Assembly (NCBI RefSeq): GCF_024220175.1
Contig: NZ_CP098502.1
Span: 3,142,514 to 3,166,513 of the forward strand
Length of the DNA: 24,000 nucleotides
Direction: 5' to 3'
Source of the DNA: Paraconexibacter antarcticus
GTDB taxonomy: Bacteria > Actinomycetota > Thermoleophilia > Solirubrobacterales > Solirubrobacteraceae
In this document: positions 1-7,675 of the stretch, one piece after another
How positions within the stretch are numbered: the first letter of the stretch is position 1
Layout: each line of letters starts with the position of its first letter
Program-made: the position numbers and the translations under genes
The notes under the pieces: model-generated
Databases searched by the model: none
Seen by the model: only the letters and a program-made list of their open reading frames with translations
Told to the model about the DNA's origin: nothing

Positions 1-357
1 TTCCGCGACGCGGCCCACGCCGCGGTCGCCGCGTCCTTCGACACCGTGCAGATCGCGACCGACGACGGCTCGGTCGGCCACCACGGCCTCGTCACCGAGC
101 TGCTCGCCGCCGAGCTCCACCGCGACCCGCACGCGACGGTCTACTCGTGCGGGCCGCCCGGCATGCTCGAGGCGATCCGCCGGATGTGCCTGGAGCGGGA
201 GGTCCCCGCCCAGCTCGCCCTCGAGTCCGGCATGGCCTGCGGCTTCGGCGCCTGCTTCGGCTGCGTCGTGCCGCTCAGCGGCGGGGGGTACGCCCGCGTC
301 TGCGTCGACGGCCCCGTCCTCGACGCCACCGCCATCGACCACGTCCCGGCGCACTGA
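1..357 (+). CDS. pyrK: Dihydroorotate dehydrogenase electron transfer subunit PyrK, C-terminal part (gene begins before window)
   Basis: Frame 1 is open from base 1 to the TGA at 355-357. It carries VYSCGPPGMLEAI and a Cys-rich 2Fe-2S motif (CGFGACFGCVVPL) typical of PyrK, and is directly followed by pyrD. Confidence 0.88.
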   Translation, partial: FRDAAHAAVAASFDTVQIATDDGSVGHHGLVTELLAAELHRDPHATVYSCGPPGMLEAIRRMCLEREVPAQLALESGMACGFGACFGCVVPLSGGGYARVCVDGPVLDATAIDHVPAH

Positions 358-429
358 CATGGGCGCGAAGCGCTTCGCCCAGGGGGCTCGCATTCCGGTG
401 ACGCAGGCAGCGATCCGGGAGGTCGTGCT

Positions 430-1302
430 GTGAGCGCCGTCGACTTCTGCGGCATCGAGCTCGCCCACCCGATCGTCAACGGGTCCGGCACGTTCGACGC
501 GATCGCCGCCCACGCCGTCTTCGGGGACGCGCTCCTGGAGGACTTCCCGTTCTCCGCGTTCGTCTCCAAGACGATCACGCTCGCCGTCCGCGACGGGAAC
601 CCGCCACCGCGGCTGTGGGAGACGCCGAGCGGCATGATCAACTCGATCGGCCTGCCGAACAAGGGCCTCGCCGGCTACCTCGAGCACGACCTCCCGAAGC
701 TCGCCGCGCTTCCCGTCCCCCTCATCACGAACGTCATGGGCTCGACCGCCGGGGAGCTCTGCGAGCTCGTCGCCGCGTGCGACGGCCAGGAGGCCATCCG
801 CGCGATCGAGCTCAACGTCTCGTGCCCGAACGTGAAGACCGGCCTCGACATCGGCGCCGACCCCGCGTCGCTCGCCGAGGTCATGCGCGCTGTGCGTCCG
901 CAGACCGCGAAGCCGCTCATCGTGAAGCTCACCCCGAACACCGCCGACGTGGCCCTCGTCGCGGCGGCCGCGGAGGCCGAGGGGGCGGACGCCGTCTCGC
1001 TCATCAACACCCTGCGGGCCACCGCCCAGCACCCCGACGGCAGCGGGCGCCCGTGGCTCGGCGGGGTGACTGGCGGTATGTCCGGCCCGGCCATCCGCGC
1101 GGTCGCCCTCGCCCAGGTCACCGCTGTCGCCGCCAGGGTCTCGATCCCCGTCGTCGGCATGGGCGGGGTCCAGCGGGGCGAGCACGCGGCGCAGCTGCTG
1201 CGCGCGGGAGCGACGCTCGTCGCCGTCGGGACGGAATCCTTCCGCGACTCCGCCGCCGGGAGCCGGATCGCCCGTGAGCTCGACCGCCTGGAGGCTCGCT
1301 GA
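430..1302 (+). CDS. pyrD: Dihydroorotate dehydrogenase, class 1B catalytic subunit
   Basis: 290 aa, GTG start; motifs NGSGTFD, SKTIT, GLPNKG, ELNVSCPNVKTG (catalytic Cys), GVGGVQ-like phosphate-binding region (VVGMGGVQRG); pairs with upstream PyrK. Confidence 0.93.
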   Translation: MSAVDFCGIELAHPIVNGSGTFDAIAAHAVFGDALLEDFPFSAFVSKTITLAVRDGNPPPRLWETPSGMINSIGLPNKGLAGYLEHDLPKLAALPVPLITNVMGSTAGELCELVAACDGQEAIRAIELNVSCPNVKTGLDIGADPASLAEVMRAVRPQTAKPLIVKLTPNTADVALVAAAAEAEGADAVSLINTLRATAQHPDGSGRPWLGGVTGGMSGPAIRAVALAQVTAVAARVSIPVVGMGGVQRGEHAAQLLRAGATLVAVGTESFRDSAAGSRIARELDRLEAR

Positions 1303-1486
1303 GCGGCCCTTTTCGCTCTACGCCGTGGTTTCGGTGGCTCCGGAGATCGGCAGAACGCCGAAACTGCTGCAAATCGGCGAAAAACCGTCAAGTACGGTCG
1401 AGAAGGGTGAACCTCGAGTCGAGGTCGAGGTGAATTCGCCCATCCACGCCTCATGGCGGCCGCGCACGCTGTATCTTCCACCGCCG

Positions 1487-1828
1487 ATGACGCTGGCCGC
1501 CGACACCCCCTCGAAGCAGACCGCGACGCCCGAGCGTTCGCTCAACCAGCGGATGGATGCCCTGGCCCGTGCGAACGCCATCCGCACCCAGCGGGCGCAG
1601 CTGAAGCGCGATCTCAAGGCCGGCCGCGTCTCCATCCACCAGCTGCTCGTGGATCCGCCGGACTTCCTCGAAACCGCGAAGGTCTTCGAGATGCTCCTCG
1701 CGGTGCCGAAGTATGGCCGCGTGAAGGCGAACAAGGTCCTCGTCGCCTGCCGCATCTCGCCGTCGAAGACCATCGGTGGCCTCTCCGAGCGCCAGCGCGC
1801 GGAGCTCGTCACCCTCCTCAAGCGCTAG
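1487..1828 (+). CDS. mihF: Actinobacterial integration host factor (mIHF-like DNA-binding protein)
   Basis: Core MDALARANAIRTQRAQLKRDLKAGRVSIHQLLVDPP...KVFEMLLAVPKYGRVKANKVLVACRISPSKTIGGLSERQRAELVTLL matches the actinobacterial IHF pattern, and it lies in the usual neighbourhood with gmk-rpoZ-coaBC. The start codon is uncertain: 1487 is preferred, 1553 is possible, and the listed 1274 start is judged over-extended. Confidence 0.85.
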   Translation: MTLAADTPSKQTATPERSLNQRMDALARANAIRTQRAQLKRDLKAGRVSIHQLLVDPPDFLETAKVFEMLLAVPKYGRVKANKVLVACRISPSKTIGGLSERQRAELVTLLKR

Positions 1829-1920
1829 CGGGCCGCCCGGCCCCCGGGACGTCGCCGGAGGAGGCGACCGCGTCGGCCCTCCGGCCGCCCTCGGTCGTCG
1901 GCGCGGCGTAGGGTCACCCC

Positions 1921-3375
1921 ATGACGACGACGCAGTCCGGCGCGACACCGCGGGTGGCCATCATCGGAGCAGGGGTCTCCGGCCTCTGCATGGCGATCCG
2001 CCTGCGCGAGGCCGGCATCGAGACGTTCACGGTCTTCGAGAAGTCGTCGACCGTCGGCGGCACGTGGCGGGACAACACGTATCCCGGCCTCTTCTGCGAC
2101 GTCCCCTCCCGGTACTTCCAGTACTCGTTCGCGCCGAACCCGGACTGGACGCGCCTCTTCAGTCCCGGCCCGGAGATCGGCGCCTACCTCGAGCGGGTCG
2201 CCGACGAGTACCGGCTCCGCGAGCGCATCCGCTTCGGGGTCGAGCTCCGCGAGGCGCACTGGGAGGACGGGCGCTGGATCCTCACCGGGGACGGCGTGCG
2301 CGAGGAGGCCGACTTCGTCGTCACCGGCTGCGGCTTCCTGCACCGCCCGTCGGTCCCGGACATCCCCGGGCTCGACACGTTCGCCGGGGCGTCCTTCCAC
2401 TCCTCGCGCTGGGACCACCACGTCCCGCTCACCGGCCGCGTCGGCATCGTCGGCACCGGGTCCACCGGCGTGCAGATCGTCGCCGAGCTCGCCGGGACGC
2501 CGGCGCGGCTCGTGCAGTTCACCCGCACGCCGCAGTGGGTCTTCCCGACCGTCAACCCGCGCTACACCCGGCTCAGCGCCGCCGTCTACCGCCGGTTCCC
2601 GAAGCTCATGGACGTCGCCTACCGCGGGCACCAGTGGTGGTTCGAGGCGCTCCTCATGAACGCGCTCCTGCGCGACGGCATCCCGCGGCGCCTCGTCGGC
2701 GCCGGCTGCCGGCTCGCGCTGCGCAGCGTCCGCGACCCCGGCCTGCGCGCCCGCCTCACGCCGCGCGACGAGCCCGGGTGCAAGCGGCTCGTCGCGAGCG
2801 CCGGCTACTACCGCGCCGTCCAGCGCCCGGACGTCGACGTCGTGACGACCGCGATCGACCACGTCGAGCCGCGCGGCGTCGTGACGATCGACGGCGTCCT
2901 GCACGAGCTCGACGTCCTCGTCCTCGCGACCGGGTTCGACACCCACGCGCTCGTGCGGCCCATGGAGTTCACCGGGCCGGCCGGAGCCACGCTCTCGGAC
3001 GCGTGGGCCCACGGCCCGCGCGGGTACGACACGGTCGCGGTCCCGGGCCTGCCGAACCTCTTCATGCTCATGGGCCCGAGCAGCCCCGTGAACATCTCCT
3101 CGATGTTCAACGTCGCCGAGGCGCAGGCCGGCTACGCGCTGGCGATGATCACCCGCTGGGCCGCCGCGGGACGCACGGCCCTCGCGCCCCGGGCGGACGC
3201 CGCCGAGCGCTTCACCGCCGGGCTCCAGGATGCGCTGCAGGGATCGATCTGGCTCAGCGGGTGCCAGAGCTGGTACCTCACCGACGACGGCACCCCGGTC
3301 ATCTGGCCCGCCTCGCCGGCCGCGCACCGCGAGCTGCTCGACGAGCCGCGCCTCGCCGACTACGAGCGCGTCTGA
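1921..3375 (+). CDS. Flavin-containing monooxygenase, Baeyer-Villiger type
   Basis: 484 aa; N-terminal FAD site IIGAGVSGLCMAIRL; BVMO-like fingerprint FAGASFHSSRW (FxGxxxHxxxW); second Rossmann site GIVGTGSTGVQI; C-terminal ATGFD. Confidence 0.9.
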   Translation: MTTTQSGATPRVAIIGAGVSGLCMAIRLREAGIETFTVFEKSSTVGGTWRDNTYPGLFCDVPSRYFQYSFAPNPDWTRLFSPGPEIGAYLERVADEYRLRERIRFGVELREAHWEDGRWILTGDGVREEADFVVTGCGFLHRPSVPDIPGLDTFAGASFHSSRWDHHVPLTGRVGIVGTGSTGVQIVAELAGTPARLVQFTRTPQWVFPTVNPRYTRLSAAVYRRFPKLMDVAYRGHQWWFEALLMNALLRDGIPRRLVGAGCRLALRSVRDPGLRARLTPRDEPGCKRLVASAGYYRAVQRPDVDVVTTAIDHVEPRGVVTIDGVLHELDVLVLATGFDTHALVRPMEFTGPAGATLSDAWAHGPRGYDTVAVPGLPNLFMLMGPSSPVNISSMFNVAEAQAGYALAMITRWAAAGRTALAPRADAAERFTAGLQDALQGSIWLSGCQSWYLTDDGTPVIWPASPAAHRELLDEPRLADYERV

Positions 3376-3430
3376 CCGGCCGGGGCCGCCGGGCCATCCG
3401 TCGGCCCCCGTCACTAGCCTCCCCGACCCC

Positions 3431-4000
3431 GTGGCAAAGGTCTTCGTCATCACCGGTCCCAGCGGCGTCGGCAAGGGGACGCTCATCCGCGAGCTCCGGG
3501 ACCGCGTCCCCGAGCTCGAGCTCAGCGTCTCGGCGACGACGCGCGCACCGCGGCCGGGGGAGGCCGACGGCGTCGACTACCACTTCCTCACGCCCGAGCT
3601 CTTCGCCGCGCGCGTCGGCGAGGGCGCCTTCGTCGAGCACGCCGAGTACTCCGGCCGCCGCTACGGCACGCTCCGCGCCGAGCTCGACCGGCGGACCTCC
3701 GGCGGCCACCCGGTCGTCCTCGAGATCGAGGTCCAGGGGGCCCGCCAGGTGCGCAGCGCGATGCCCGAGGCGGTGCAGATCTTCATCGTGCCGCCGTCGA
3801 CCGACACGCTCCGGCAGCGGCTCGTCGGCCGCGGCACCGACGACGACGAGCAGGTCGCCGCGCGCCTCGAGGTCGCGGTGAGCGAGCTCGCCGCCCAGGA
3901 CGAGTTCGACTACAAGGTCACGAACGCCGACCTCGAGACCGCGGTGGCGGAGCTCGTCGGCATCGTGCGGCGCGAGAGCGCGGCGTCCGCTCCCCGTTAG
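3431..4000 (+). CDS. gmk: Guanylate kinase
   Basis: VAKVFVITGPSGVGKGTLIREL P-loop, SVSATTRAPRPGE, GVDYHFLT, EYSGRRYGT, VLEIEVQGARQV; followed by rpoZ. The GTG at 3431 is preferred over the track's 3230 start, which overlaps the monooxygenase. Confidence 0.95.
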   Translation: MAKVFVITGPSGVGKGTLIRELRDRVPELELSVSATTRAPRPGEADGVDYHFLTPELFAARVGEGAFVEHAEYSGRRYGTLRAELDRRTSGGHPVVLEIEVQGARQVRSAMPEAVQIFIVPPSTDTLRQRLVGRGTDDDEQVAARLEVAVSELAAQDEFDYKVTNADLETAVAELVGIVRRESAASAPR

Positions 4001-4029
4001 CCGGGGCGTCCACCAGCTACACTGGGTGG

Positions 4030-4257
4030 GTGATCCAGCCCCGCATCGACCATCTTCTCGAGCACGTCGACTCGAACTACGCCTCCGTGCTCGTGGCCGC
4101 CAAGCGCGCCCGGCAGATCAACTCGTACTACCACAACCTCGGGGAGGGGACGTTCGACGAGTTCCCGCCGCCGATGGTCGAGAGCGCCTCCAAGAACTAC
4201 CTCACGATCGCCCTGGAGGAAGTGGCCCAGGGCAAGATCAGGTACCAGTACCGCTAG
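4030..4257 (+). CDS. rpoZ: DNA-directed RNA polymerase omega subunit
   Basis: 75 aa; RIDHLLEHVDSNYASVLVAAKRARQINSYY...SKNYLTIALEEVAQGKIRY; located between gmk and coaBC. Confidence 0.93.
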   Translation: MIQPRIDHLLEHVDSNYASVLVAAKRARQINSYYHNLGEGTFDEFPPPMVESASKNYLTIALEEVAQGKIRYQYR

Positions 4258-4293
4258 GAGCACCGGCCAGGCTCGTTCGCACGGAGCGCGGAC

Positions 4294-5577
4294 GTGGACG
4301 TGGACGCCACGGGGATGCGCCTCCTCCTCGGCGTGACGGGCGGCATCGCCGCCTACAAGGGCCTCGAGACCGCGCGCCTGGCCGTGAAGGCCGGGCACGC
4401 CGTGCGCGTCGTGCAGACGCCCGAGGCCCAGCGCTTCGTCGGCGCCGCGTCGTTCGCCGCCATCACCGGCGCCCCGGTCCTGACGAGCGAGTTCGAGCGG
4501 GACCCCGCCCGCGGCGTCTTCCCCGGGCAGGCGACCCCCGCGCACGACCCGGCGAGCCACCTCGCCCTCGTCGAGAACGCCGACGTCTTCCTCGTCGCCC
4601 CGGCGACGGCGAACACGATCGCGAAGCTCGCCCACGGGCTCGCGGACAACCTCCTCACCTCCGCCGCGCTCGCCGCGCGCTGCCCGCTCGTCGTCGCCCC
4701 GGCGATGAACGACGCCATGTGGGAGCACCCGGCGACGCAGGCGAACCTCGCCACCCTCCGCGCCCGCGGCGTGACGATCGTCGACCCCGGGGTCGGCGCG
4801 CTCGGCACGCTCGGCGAGTGGGGCGCCGGCCGCCTCGCCGAGCCGCCCGCGCTGCTCGCGGCCGCCGAGCGCGCCGCCACCGCCCGGGCGACCGCGACCG
4901 GCCCGTGGGACGGGCTGCGCGTCCTCGTCACCGCCGGCGGCACCCGCGAGCCGATCGACGCCGTCCGCTTCGTCGGCAACCGCTCGAGCGGCCGGATGGG
5001 CTTCGCCGTCGCGTCCGCCGCCGCGGCGCTGGGCGCCGACGTCACCGTCCTCGCCGCGAACGTGGCGCTCGGCCGCGACCCGCGCGTCACCTACGTCGAC
5101 GTCTCCAGCGCCGCCGACCTCGAGGCCGCGTGCGCCGAGCACTTCCCCGGCTGCCACGTCCTCGTCATGTCCGCCGCCGTCGCCGACTTCCGCCCGGTCG
5201 ACCCGGCCGAAGTGAAGCTCAAGAAGACCGGCCGCGACGAGCTGACGATCACGATGGAGCCGACCCCGGACATCCTCACCGGGCTCGCCGCCGGCCGCCG
5301 CCCGGGCCAGACGCTCGTCGGCTTCGCCGCCGAGACGGGGGAGGGGGCCGTCGCCTACGGGCGCGACAAGCTCGTCCGCAAGAGGCTCGACGCCGTCGTC
5401 GTCAACGACGTCGCGCAGGCCGGAATCGGGTTCGACACCCCCGACAACGAGGTGACGATCGTCACGGCCGCCGGCGAGGAGCACGTCGCCCGCCGCGGCA
5501 AGGACGAGGTCGCCGCCGCCATCCTGCGCACGGTCGACGCGCTGCGCAGCGCCTCCGCCACCCCGCTCGGGCGATGA
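4294..5577 (+). CDS. coaBC: Bifunctional phosphopantothenoylcysteine decarboxylase / phosphopantothenate-cysteine ligase (Dfp)
   Basis: LLLGVTGGIAAYKG, VVAPAMNDAMWEHPATQANL, TAGGTREPIDAVRFVGNRSSGRMG, VLVMSAAVADFRP. The start may be GTG 4294 or ATG 4315. Confidence 0.95.
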   Translation: MDVDATGMRLLLGVTGGIAAYKGLETARLAVKAGHAVRVVQTPEAQRFVGAASFAAITGAPVLTSEFERDPARGVFPGQATPAHDPASHLALVENADVFLVAPATANTIAKLAHGLADNLLTSAALAARCPLVVAPAMNDAMWEHPATQANLATLRARGVTIVDPGVGALGTLGEWGAGRLAEPPALLAAAERAATARATATGPWDGLRVLVTAGGTREPIDAVRFVGNRSSGRMGFAVASAAAALGADVTVLAANVALGRDPRVTYVDVSSAADLEAACAEHFPGCHVLVMSAAVADFRPVDPAEVKLKKTGRDELTITMEPTPDILTGLAAGRRPGQTLVGFAAETGEGAVAYGRDKLVRKRLDAVVVNDVAQAGIGFDTPDNEVTIVTAAGEEHVARRGKDEVAAAILRTVDALRSASATPLGR

Positions 5578-6548
5578 CCGACGCGGCGCGCTCGGACGCC
5601 CGCCCGCTCGACCAGGAGGACATCAACGCCGCCCGCGACCTCGCGGCCCGGCTGACGCAGACCGTCCGCGCGGCCGTCGAGCTGCGCGACGGGCTCCTCG
5701 AGCAGATCCTCGTCTGCATCGTCGCCGAGGGGCACGTCCTCATCGAGGACCTCCCCGGCGTCGGCAAGACGACGCTCGCGCGGTCGCTCGCGCAGGCGCT
5801 CGGCCTGCAGTTCGCCCGCGTGCAGTGCACCGCCGACCTGCTGCCCGCGGACGTCGTCGGCACGAACGTCTACAACCGCCGCGAGGAGCGGTTCGAGTTC
5901 CGCCCCGGCCCGATCTTCGCGAACGTCGTCCTCGTCGACGAGATCAACCGCGCCTCCCCGAAGACGCAGTCGGGGCTGCTGGAGTGCATGCAGGAGAACC
6001 GCGTCACCGTCGACGTCCACACGCACGAGCTCGCGCGCCCGTTCCTCGTCCTCGCGACGCAGAACCCCATCGAGCTCGAAGGGACCTACCCGCTGCCCGA
6101 GGCCCAGGTCGACCGCTTCATGGCCCGCATCTCGCTCGGCTACCCGTCGGCGGCCGCCGAGGCGGACATGCTCCGGGTCCACGAGGCGTCCGACGGCACC
6201 GGTGGGGTCGCCGCCGCGGGCGACGCCGGTGAGCTGCTCGCCGCGCAGGACGCCGCGCGTCGCGTCCTCACGAGCGACGCCCTGCGCGCCTACGTCGTCG
6301 CGCTCCTCGGCGCCACCCGCGAGGACCCGAGGGTGCAGCTCGGCGCGAGCCCGCGCGCCGGCCTCATGCTCCTGCGCGCGGCGAAGGCCCGCGCCCTCCT
6401 CGCCGGCCGCGGTCACGCGCTGCCCGACGACGTGCAGGCGCTCGCGGAGATCGTGCTCGCCCACCGCCTCGTCCTCGCGCCGGACGCCTTCGACGCGACC
6501 GCCGAGGCCGTCGTCGCCGACGCCGTGCGGGCGGTCCCGGCGCTGTGA
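5574..6548 (+). CDS. MoxR-family AAA+ ATPase
   Basis: HVLIEDLPGVGKTTLARSLA (Walker A), VLVDEINRASPKTQSGLLECMQE (Walker B), FLVLATQNPIELEGTYPLPEAQVDRFM. The ATG overlaps the coaBC stop (ATGA). In the supplied track it is the tail of ORF 4026..6548. Confidence 0.93.
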   Translation: MTDAARSDARPLDQEDINAARDLAARLTQTVRAAVELRDGLLEQILVCIVAEGHVLIEDLPGVGKTTLARSLAQALGLQFARVQCTADLLPADVVGTNVYNRREERFEFRPGPIFANVVLVDEINRASPKTQSGLLECMQENRVTVDVHTHELARPFLVLATQNPIELEGTYPLPEAQVDRFMARISLGYPSAAAEADMLRVHEASDGTGGVAAAGDAGELLAAQDAARRVLTSDALRAYVVALLGATREDPRVQLGASPRAGLMLLRAAKARALLAGRGHALPDDVQALAEIVLAHRLVLAPDAFDATAEAVVADAVRAVPAL

Positions 6549-6583
6549 GCCCGCGACGGCCCGGAGCCCGGGGAGGCTGAGCG

Positions 6584-7675
6584 ATGGGCGGCTCGCGGCG
6601 GCTGGCGGGCCTGGGCGGTGCCCTCCTGCTCGCCGCGGCCGCGCTCGACGCCGAGCCGCTGTACGTCCCCGCGGTCGCGCTCCTCGTGCTCGCCGCGGGC
6701 GCCGCCGCCTGGGTCGCGCTCGCCGTCCGCCGCATCACCATCACCCGGACGCTCCGGCGGACGACCGCGCTCGAGCAGCAGCCGGTGCAGATCCGCGTCA
6801 CCGCGACCTCCTCGCGCCTGCTGCTCCCGCACGGCACGCTCGAGGACCCGCTCCTCGATGCGCCGGTGGCGCTCGCCGCCGGGCGCTGGGAGCACACCCT
6901 CGCGCTCGAGGTCCGCTTCTCGCGCCGCGGCCGCCACGTCCTCGCGCCGCCCGTGGTCACGGTCCGCGACCCCTTCGGCCTCGCCCGCGCGACGATCACG
7001 GCCCCGCCCGTCGAGGTCCTCGTGCTGCCCGCCGTCCTGCCCGTCCGCCGCCCCGGGAGCGACCGCCCGGGGGACGCCGTCGGCCGCCGCGTCGCCCGCG
7101 ACGGCCTCGCGCCCGAGGTCGAGCTCGACGGCCTGCGCCCGCTCCGGCCGGGCACGCCGGCGGCGCGGATCTCGTGGGCCGCGTACGCGCGCTCGGGCGA
7201 GCTGCTCGAGCGGCACCTGCGGCCCGACGGCGACGCACGGCCCGTCGTCGTCCTCGACACCCGCACGGCGTCGGGCGGGGACGAGGACGTCCTCGACGCC
7301 GCCGTCCGGGCCGCCGCCTCGCTCTGCGTCCATCTCGCCCGGAAGCAGGGCTGCGCGCTCCTGCTCCCGGGGGACCGGCGCCCGCATGCGATCGGCCCGG
7401 GCCTCGCCGCGTGGCCCGCGCTGCACACGCGGCTCGCGCTCGTCGGGGCCGGAGGTGCACCCAGCCCAGGCGCGCTGACCGGGCGCACAGGCGTCGTCTT
7501 CCACGTGAGCGCGCGTCCGCTCGTGCGGCCCCCCGCGGGCCTCGCGCGCGCAGGCGGCCAGGTCCTCGTCGTGCCGGCGGCGCTGCCCGGTCGCCCGGCG
7601 TCGTTCACCGTCGCCGGCTGCCTCGGCTACGACCTCGCAGCGGGGCGCGTGCGCCGCCCGGCGGTGGCGTCGTGA
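6584..7675 (+). CDS. DUF58-family protein
   Basis: N-terminal hydrophobic helices, then RGRHVLAPPVVTVRDPFGLA and PGTPAARISWAAYARSGELLERHLRPD...VVLDTRT, a typical DUF58 arrangement directly downstream of a MoxR ATPase. Confidence 0.83.
   Translation: MGGSRRLAGLGGALLLAAAALDAEPLYVPAVALLVLAAGAAAWVALAVRRITITRTLRRTTALEQQPVQIRVTATSSRLLLPHGTLEDPLLDAPVALAAGRWEHTLALEVRFSRRGRHVLAPPVVTVRDPFGLARATITAPPVEVLVLPAVLPVRRPGSDRPGDAVGRRVARDGLAPEVELDGLRPLRPGTPAARISWAAYARSGELLERHLRPDGDARPVVVLDTRTASGGDEDVLDAAVRAAASLCVHLARKQGCALLLPGDRRPHAIGPGLAAWPALHTRLALVGAGGAPSPGALTGRTGVVFHVSARPLVRPPAGLARAGGQVLVVPAALPGRPASFTVAGCLGYDLAAGRVRRPAVAS

Noticed and set aside
1825-3486. 553-aa minus-strand ORF opposite the monooxygenase
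   Set aside because: No domain features; shadow ORF of a well-supported gene.
1776-3881. 701-aa + strand ORF overlapping the monooxygenase and gmk in another frame
   Set aside because: Arg-rich nonsense translation out of frame with two recognisable proteins.
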